64,000 bases of DNA from contig NIVC01000483.1 of assembly GCA_002269645.1 (NCBI GenBank), positions 72,580-136,579 of the forward strand, given 5' to 3'. The stretch is from Macrostomum lignano (taxonomy: Eukaryota). The notes under the pieces were generated by a model. It had not been told where the DNA came from, did no database searches, and was given only the letters and a program-made list of their open reading frames with translations. This document shows, piece after piece, positions 58,520 to 64,000 of this stretch. The translations under genes and the position numbers were made by a program. Positions within the stretch are counted from its first letter, which is position 1. Every line of letters starts with the position of its first letter.

Positions 58520-59560
58520 TTGATACAACTGCTGTAGGGCTTTTTGAAATGCTGTCTGGGCAGGTCCGGAGACACCTGGACTCAGGTGCAGGTGCAGTGC
58601 CTGTCTGAGGCCGCCGCGATTTACCGAGCGCAGGCGAGCAGCGATGTGCACTGCTCTGTGATCGCGTCCAGCAAGCAGAAAGTCGGAATCATTTTGGCCC
58701 AGTTCGAGCCGGCCTCTCTCCGCTGCAGTCTCTTCCGCTACCAGTCCGTGTGTCGCGACCTTGTCTTTGGCGGTGCGAGCAGCGACTGCCGAGTGCTCAT
58801 CCGATTTCCGATCAAATATCCGGCTCAGCTCAACCCGAAGCTCACAAACGTGTGGCTCGGAGACGACATGTCTGCATTTGAGAATGTCGTGTGCCAGGCT
58901 GACGAAGAGACCAACCGAATTTATCCGGTCGGAGTCCAGTGGACAGAGGAGGGCGCCGCGTTCGATGGGAGCAGCTCGTTTCTGGCCATGAACAAGAGCG
59001 ACATCGGGTTCGGCACAGGCGTCACGGTGCTGCTCAGGATGAAGTGGCAGCTGCAGGTGCAGATCTTCTTCGATTTTCTAAACTGTGCTGACTTCGAAAC
59101 CGGACCCTTCTACCACCGTATCTGGGAGTTCGCCGCTGCTTCTAAACTCCTTTTCGTGATCAAAACCGAAGCCGGTGCCACTCCCACACGTTATCAATCC
59201 AAGGACCACTAGAAGTTGCCGAAAGACAACGGTCACTTCTAGTGGTCCTTGTATCAATCTTCGACAACTCCGCGGACTTCGAACGCCAACGAGTGGGTGA
59301 ACATCGGCTTCACATCGACTCTAGCGGCTGACTCGACTCCAGCGGAGCGTTCGTGAACGACGCCTCTTGCCGACAGCCTCCTTCAGCCTGATAGCTAATT
59401 CTAGCTATACTCTGCTGCCTCAGTTCTGCTTCAGATTTGGCAAGCGACTCAGTAATGACCGAATGTTCAAAGGCACAGTGAGGGCAATCGCCATGAGCGG
59501 GGCTTCATGTCCAAAAGCGAGATCCGCTAATTCTTCGCTGCTATTCATTGATTTAAACTG
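58520..59560 (+). pseudogene. PAN-LamG family copy 3, pseudogene
   Basis: In-frame TAG in the signal peptide (~58534), a 52-bp MITE insertion at 59200, further frameshifts near 59335-59365 and 59505, and a TAA near 59528. Confidence 0.82.
59200..59251. mobile_element. 52-bp minimal TIR element (P- or hAT-like)
   Basis: Perfect 17-bp TIR CAAGGACCACTAGAAGT; perfect 8-bp TSD TATCAATC (59192-59199, 59252-59259). Confidence 0.9.
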
Positions 59561-59599
59561 TGTTACATGTACAATCGCAATGTCAGCAATCATTATCTC

Positions 59600-59947
59600 T
59601 GTTTAACGTAATGGCAAGTAATGCGTGCCGGTGAACTCTGTTTGGCATCTGTGTAACTTCTATTCCATTCCACTAAACTGCACTGCACCAGTGTCAGAAC
59701 AAATTTCTGCTTTGTACAAAAACTGTTATGGCTAGATGATGACTCTTCAGCAATATCTATAGAGACTTTCAAAATCATTACGTGACTATATGACAGCTCA
59801 TGCACCCAAACCTCATGCAGCAGCCTCCAATTAATGCGAGAGTTAAGTGTCTTATTGCTCAAGGACACAAATTGTTTTAGTGGGATGGGGAATCGAACCC
59901 ACTTTCCTTTAAGTCGTGAGTCCGACGCTCTAATCACTAGGCTACAC
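59600..59947 (-). mobile_element. tRNA-headed SINE with CORE/V-like central domain
   Basis: Minus strand GGGTGTAGCCTAGTGATTAGAGCG...GGGTTCGATTCCC, followed by TGTGTCCTTGAGCAATAAGACACTTAAC. 3' extent uncertain. Confidence 0.7.
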
Positions 59948-61766
59948 CCCTCCCCATCACAGTGATTAAAACATCATGTCACATACAAAAAAGTGCATAC
60001 GTATACGTAGTGTACAGCTGACAGTTAAACAGTTTTTCGGGTTAAAATAATTGGGCGCAGACCATTAATGAACAGAGCATTTAGAAGGACACATCGCTAA
60101 TAATGTTTGAGATTAAATTAAATGAAGTAAATATTTAAACTGAACTTCAAAAAATTCTTTATTTCAACTTTTTTTGTGAACTAGCTACTTGTTATACCGC
60201 AGGATGTTTTGGCGAAATTTCATAAATAAAGCATTCCAGGAAACAGACGTTTTGAAAATGTCAAATGACAAAAACCTCTACTCTACTTACACTGTGATTA
60301 GCTTACTAGCGACGATTTTTAAAGAATTTTTTGATATAGCTTTGAACACTACATTCTAGTTCTAAAATTATATTAAACTACATAAACACCTCATTTTTAG
60401 TCATTTTGATGATAGTTTATGCTTTAATTTTTTATGATTGTTGATTATTTGATATTTCCACTGTTTTTTAGGCGTAGTAGTATATAGGAAGTAGCTGATA
60501 TTTGTTTTGCTGAACTTAATCAGTTTAGAAAACTTTCTAGGCTTTTGATTTTAGCAAAGTATTTTATAATAGCAATTTTAATAATGAAAATATTGACATT
60601 TGAAATTTGGCATTTGCAGCTTAAGAAATTTTTATTAACTTTAACTAAGTAAGTAGAGAAAAAGACATTCTTTAACCTTTGGCTTTAGATTATTTTGTAT
60701 ATCTAATTTAGTATACTTTTAGTAGGCCCTAGCCTTATTTTAGTGCATGTTTTGTAGTAGTATTTTTATGTCTTATGCATAAAATTACATAATCTATTAA
60801 ACAATGTTGATGAAATAAAAAAATAATTTAATCATGACATAGGTATCTCAGCTCCTAGAAAAGGTAGATGACTAGGTAAATGCATGTATAACTTCCTAAA
60901 TTTTACCCAGCCAGTGCTACATAGTTATTTTTATTAAAGATATAGTATCTCTACAGTGTAGGCTATCTTATAACTTAGTCAGTCTCTATAGTACAAAAGG
61001 TAGCCTTTATGCCGGAAAATTCTGGCATATTTTTGCTCTTGCTGACAATCTTGGCATGCACTTGGTGTATATAATTTTCAGGTCCAACATGAAGTGTACA
61101 CAGTTGGCATACAAAACAATAGCCAAGTTCAGGGCTAATGTAATCTTGTAATTAAAGATCAACCAACAAAAGCTCCTAATATTTAAATTTTACATTGGTC
61201 TAAAATTGAAAAAAAAACATGAATTTTCTTTCGAGCATATGCCTACCATGATCCAGTCCAGACTATAGCCTAGTCTTAAGTCCTAGCTGTGCATCTGCAG
61301 TATAAATATTTTCTCTTTCTATTTTTTATCTTTAAATATGCCTTTTATAATATGATTGATTGGTTCTTTTTTTAATTATATTTGTCTTATATATCCCATT
61401 TATAATTTTTTGGTACTTAGTTGATCAGTTTTGCAACATTACCCACCTTAGCTATCTTGTTACCCAACTAGGTTAGCTAGGTCAGCTAGGTATTCCACAT
61501 ATATATCTGGTTAGATGATTGCCAAAGTTTCTGCCATTAGGCATTAAGGCTTATTGCATTTCTGCTAAATTTTAAACAATATTTAGGCTTTCAAATTCTT
61601 ATTAGCTAATGATAATCCAAACAAAATATCTTCCTTTAATAAGTTTTTTTGAATATTTTTAGAGAAAGTATATTTAAAACATCAAATATGAAAGAAAAAA
61701 GCATATTATTGTATGCCTTTTTACACCTTTGCTATAATAATTTGGTTGTATTTTTTATTTAAAAAC

Positions 61767-62095
61767 ATGGCACAAAGCATCAGAATGGTTTCTTATCTTT
61801 AACTTGAGTGTCCATTCTTTCTTCAGAAGCATCAGAGCAAGCAGCAGAGCTCAGCAAGTGGCAAGAGAGCCACACCATTGGCTGAAGCCGATGCACATCT
61901 GCGAGAGAAGCGCTATGTCGAAGCCATGCTTGCTTACTCCATGCTGATTGACAGCCCAGATGGACAGCAGTCAGGCTTTCTGCCTGACGCCTATGCTGGT
62001 GAGTCTGACAGGCTGGCATAACAGTGCTTGGTGAGCTTTTAATCAGTGGATCATATATATTTGGCTACTTCTTCCCTGGTAAATCTGGCTTTATA

Positions 62096-62152
<57 letters not shown>

Positions 62153-62153
62153 G

Positions 62154-62228
<75 letters not shown>

Positions 62229-62283
62229 GTGTCTGTGTGTCTGTTTGTCTGTCTGTCTGTGTCTGTCTGTCTGTCTGTCTGTG

Positions 62284-62322
<39 letters not shown>

Positions 62323-62351
62323 GTGTCTGTCTGTCTGTCTGTCTGTCTGTG

Positions 62352-62382
<31 letters not shown>

Positions 62383-62398
62383 GTGTCTGTGTCTGTTG

Positions 62399-62445
<47 letters not shown>

Positions 62446-62474
62446 GTGTCTGTCTGTCTGTCTGTCTGTCTGTG

Positions 62475-62535
<61 letters not shown>

Positions 62536-62550
62536 GTCTGTGTGTCTGTG

Positions 62551-62589
<39 letters not shown>

Positions 62590-62671
62590 TTGTCTGTCTG
62601 TTTGTCTGTCTGTCTGTTTGTCTGTCTGTCTATTTGTCTGTCTGTCTGTCTGTCTGTTTTAGTTTCTGTCA

Positions 62672-62713
<42 letters not shown>

Positions 62714-62729
62714 TTTAGTTTCTGTCAGT

Positions 62730-62777
<48 letters not shown>

Positions 62778-63348
62778 TTTAGTTTCTGTCAGTCTGTCTG
62801 TCTGTTTTAGTGTCTGTCAGTCTATCCACCTCCAATGGTCCCGCAGGCCGCAGCGAGTGCCTCCGCCAGCTGGAGCAGCTGTACCACAGTCTGGAAGACG
62901 CCGATCGGGTCTGCCTGCTGCGGCCCCGCTGGCCCCGCGGCCACGCTCTCCGTGGCGAGGCCCTGCTAGCCGGCGTCAGCCAGCCGAGGCTCTGGCAGCT
63001 TTTCGCGAAGCGGCCCGTCTCGATCCCGGCGACGAGCTGCTGCTCGATCGGGCGCGTCGTTCAGTGGAAGAGATTCGCAGCGAAGCGTCAGCAACCAGCC
63101 GGCTGATGAGGCGGTCAGTTCTGCTGGCTGCCGGAGTGGCGCTGCTGCTGGCTCTGCTGGATTTGGCGGCGCTGGAAGGCCGTCTGCACTCGCTGCTGCC
63201 AGCGTGGCTGTTATACAGCCTGGCCTACTGTCTGTCATTTTGCTGCTGTTTCGGCATTGGCTGGGCGTACAGATGGCTGCTACGACAGCATAAGCGAGAC
63301 CTGTTAAAAAAACCCATTGATTTGTTGGAGCACCTCAAGCAGAGTTGA
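61767..63348 (+). CDS. TPR-repeat protein with two C-terminal TM helices (one apparent 1-nt frameshift)
   Basis: Exon 61827-61998 ([19 protein letters not shown]...DAYA) and exon 62847-63348 (GRSECLRQL...[26 protein letters not shown] / [15 protein letters not shown]). These are STI1-like TPR motifs followed by two hydrophobic segments. Frameshift near 62970. Start exon (ATG 61767, 39-bp intron) is tentative. Confidence 0.72.
62094..62822. repeat. Degenerate (CTGT)n intronic microsatellite
   Basis: Direct reading. Confidence 0.96.
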
Positions 63349-63349
63349 T

Positions 63350-63413
<64 letters not shown>

Positions 63414-63433
63414 GGGGGGGGGAGGGAGAGGAG
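63349..63433. repeat. (GA)n microsatellite
   Basis: Direct reading. Confidence 0.92.
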
Positions 63434-63674
63434 CAAGGACCACTGTAGAAAATACGACGTAAAACTCAAAGATTGTGCTACTTTTTTGGACTTCGATTTC
63501 GTGGAAAAAATAGACTGCAGAAGATAAGAAAAAATCGTTCATATTAAATCACATAATCAATGACTGCATTAATTTGATCAGGGCAGTAAAGATCACATTT
63601 TTGCAGGAAATCGGCCTCGGAAAACACTACACGATCTTTGAGTTTTACGTTCTGTTACTCTACAGTGGTCCTTG
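63434..63674. mobile_element. 241-bp MITE of the CAAGGACCACT family
   Basis: TIR CAAGGACCACTGTAGA and TCTACAGTGGTCCTTG, plus subterminal GTAAAACTCAAAGAT inversion. Flanks GAGAGGAG/AAGAAGAG (6/8). Confidence 0.8.
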
Positions 63675-64000
63675 AAGAAGAGCTGAGAAAAGACGCAAAC
63701 CTTTAACGGGTCGGATTGCTGCTATTATTGTGAAGTTTCAATGGACCCTAAGGCCGGATAAAGAGGCTTCGTGTGCTGGAGTTTGCCGTTAATTTGATGG
63801 ACAAGCCGGAACAATCATGCGTTGGCATTTTTTAGACAATTGTTTCAATTTAAACTGATTTATTCTGATTAATTTTTCGGCGCTGATTTGACTAACTTTA
63901 AAAAGAAGTGCTTTTTATTGTATTATGTTTTAGTTTCAACTTTACATGTAGCTTGATGACTCAGTCTTGCAATTTGTTTTCTTGTTTATTATGAATATAT

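Overview
This is a repeat-rich eukaryotic (invertebrate-type) genomic window. The transposon families and simple-repeat load would fit a flatworm such as Macrostomum, but that is inference only. Genes I can support: (1) two intronless or apparently intronless calmodulin-like EF-hand paralogues on the minus strand, one running off the left edge and missed by the ORF track; (2) a FRMD3/FRMD5-like FERM-FA-TM gene of about 15 exons (minus strand, 20.2-31.6 kb), mostly in exons too small for the ORF track; (3) a ~1000-aa type I membrane protein with signal peptide, PAN, F5/8C or F-lectin-like, EGF-like repeats, TSP1 and TM (minus strand, 38.6-45.7 kb); (4) a three-copy tandem array of secreted PAN-like + LamG/ConA-like genes (intact, truncated, pseudogene) with mosaic near-identical tracts; (5) a TPR + 2-TM gene. 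Mobile DNA includes a nested hAT element, a mariner interrupted by an RTE LINE, Gypsy and RNase H-bearing LINE remnants, several MITEs (one only 52 bp) and tRNA-derived SINEs. There are more than 20 micro- and minisatellites, a 33-N gap flanked by a 2.6-kb duplicate, and many single-base indels that look like long-read consensus errors. I found no unambiguous new system. The best candidates for novelty are the PAN-LamG array, the PAN/F5-8/EGF/TSP1 receptor, the 52-bp transposon and a minisatellite born from a Gypsy RT motif.
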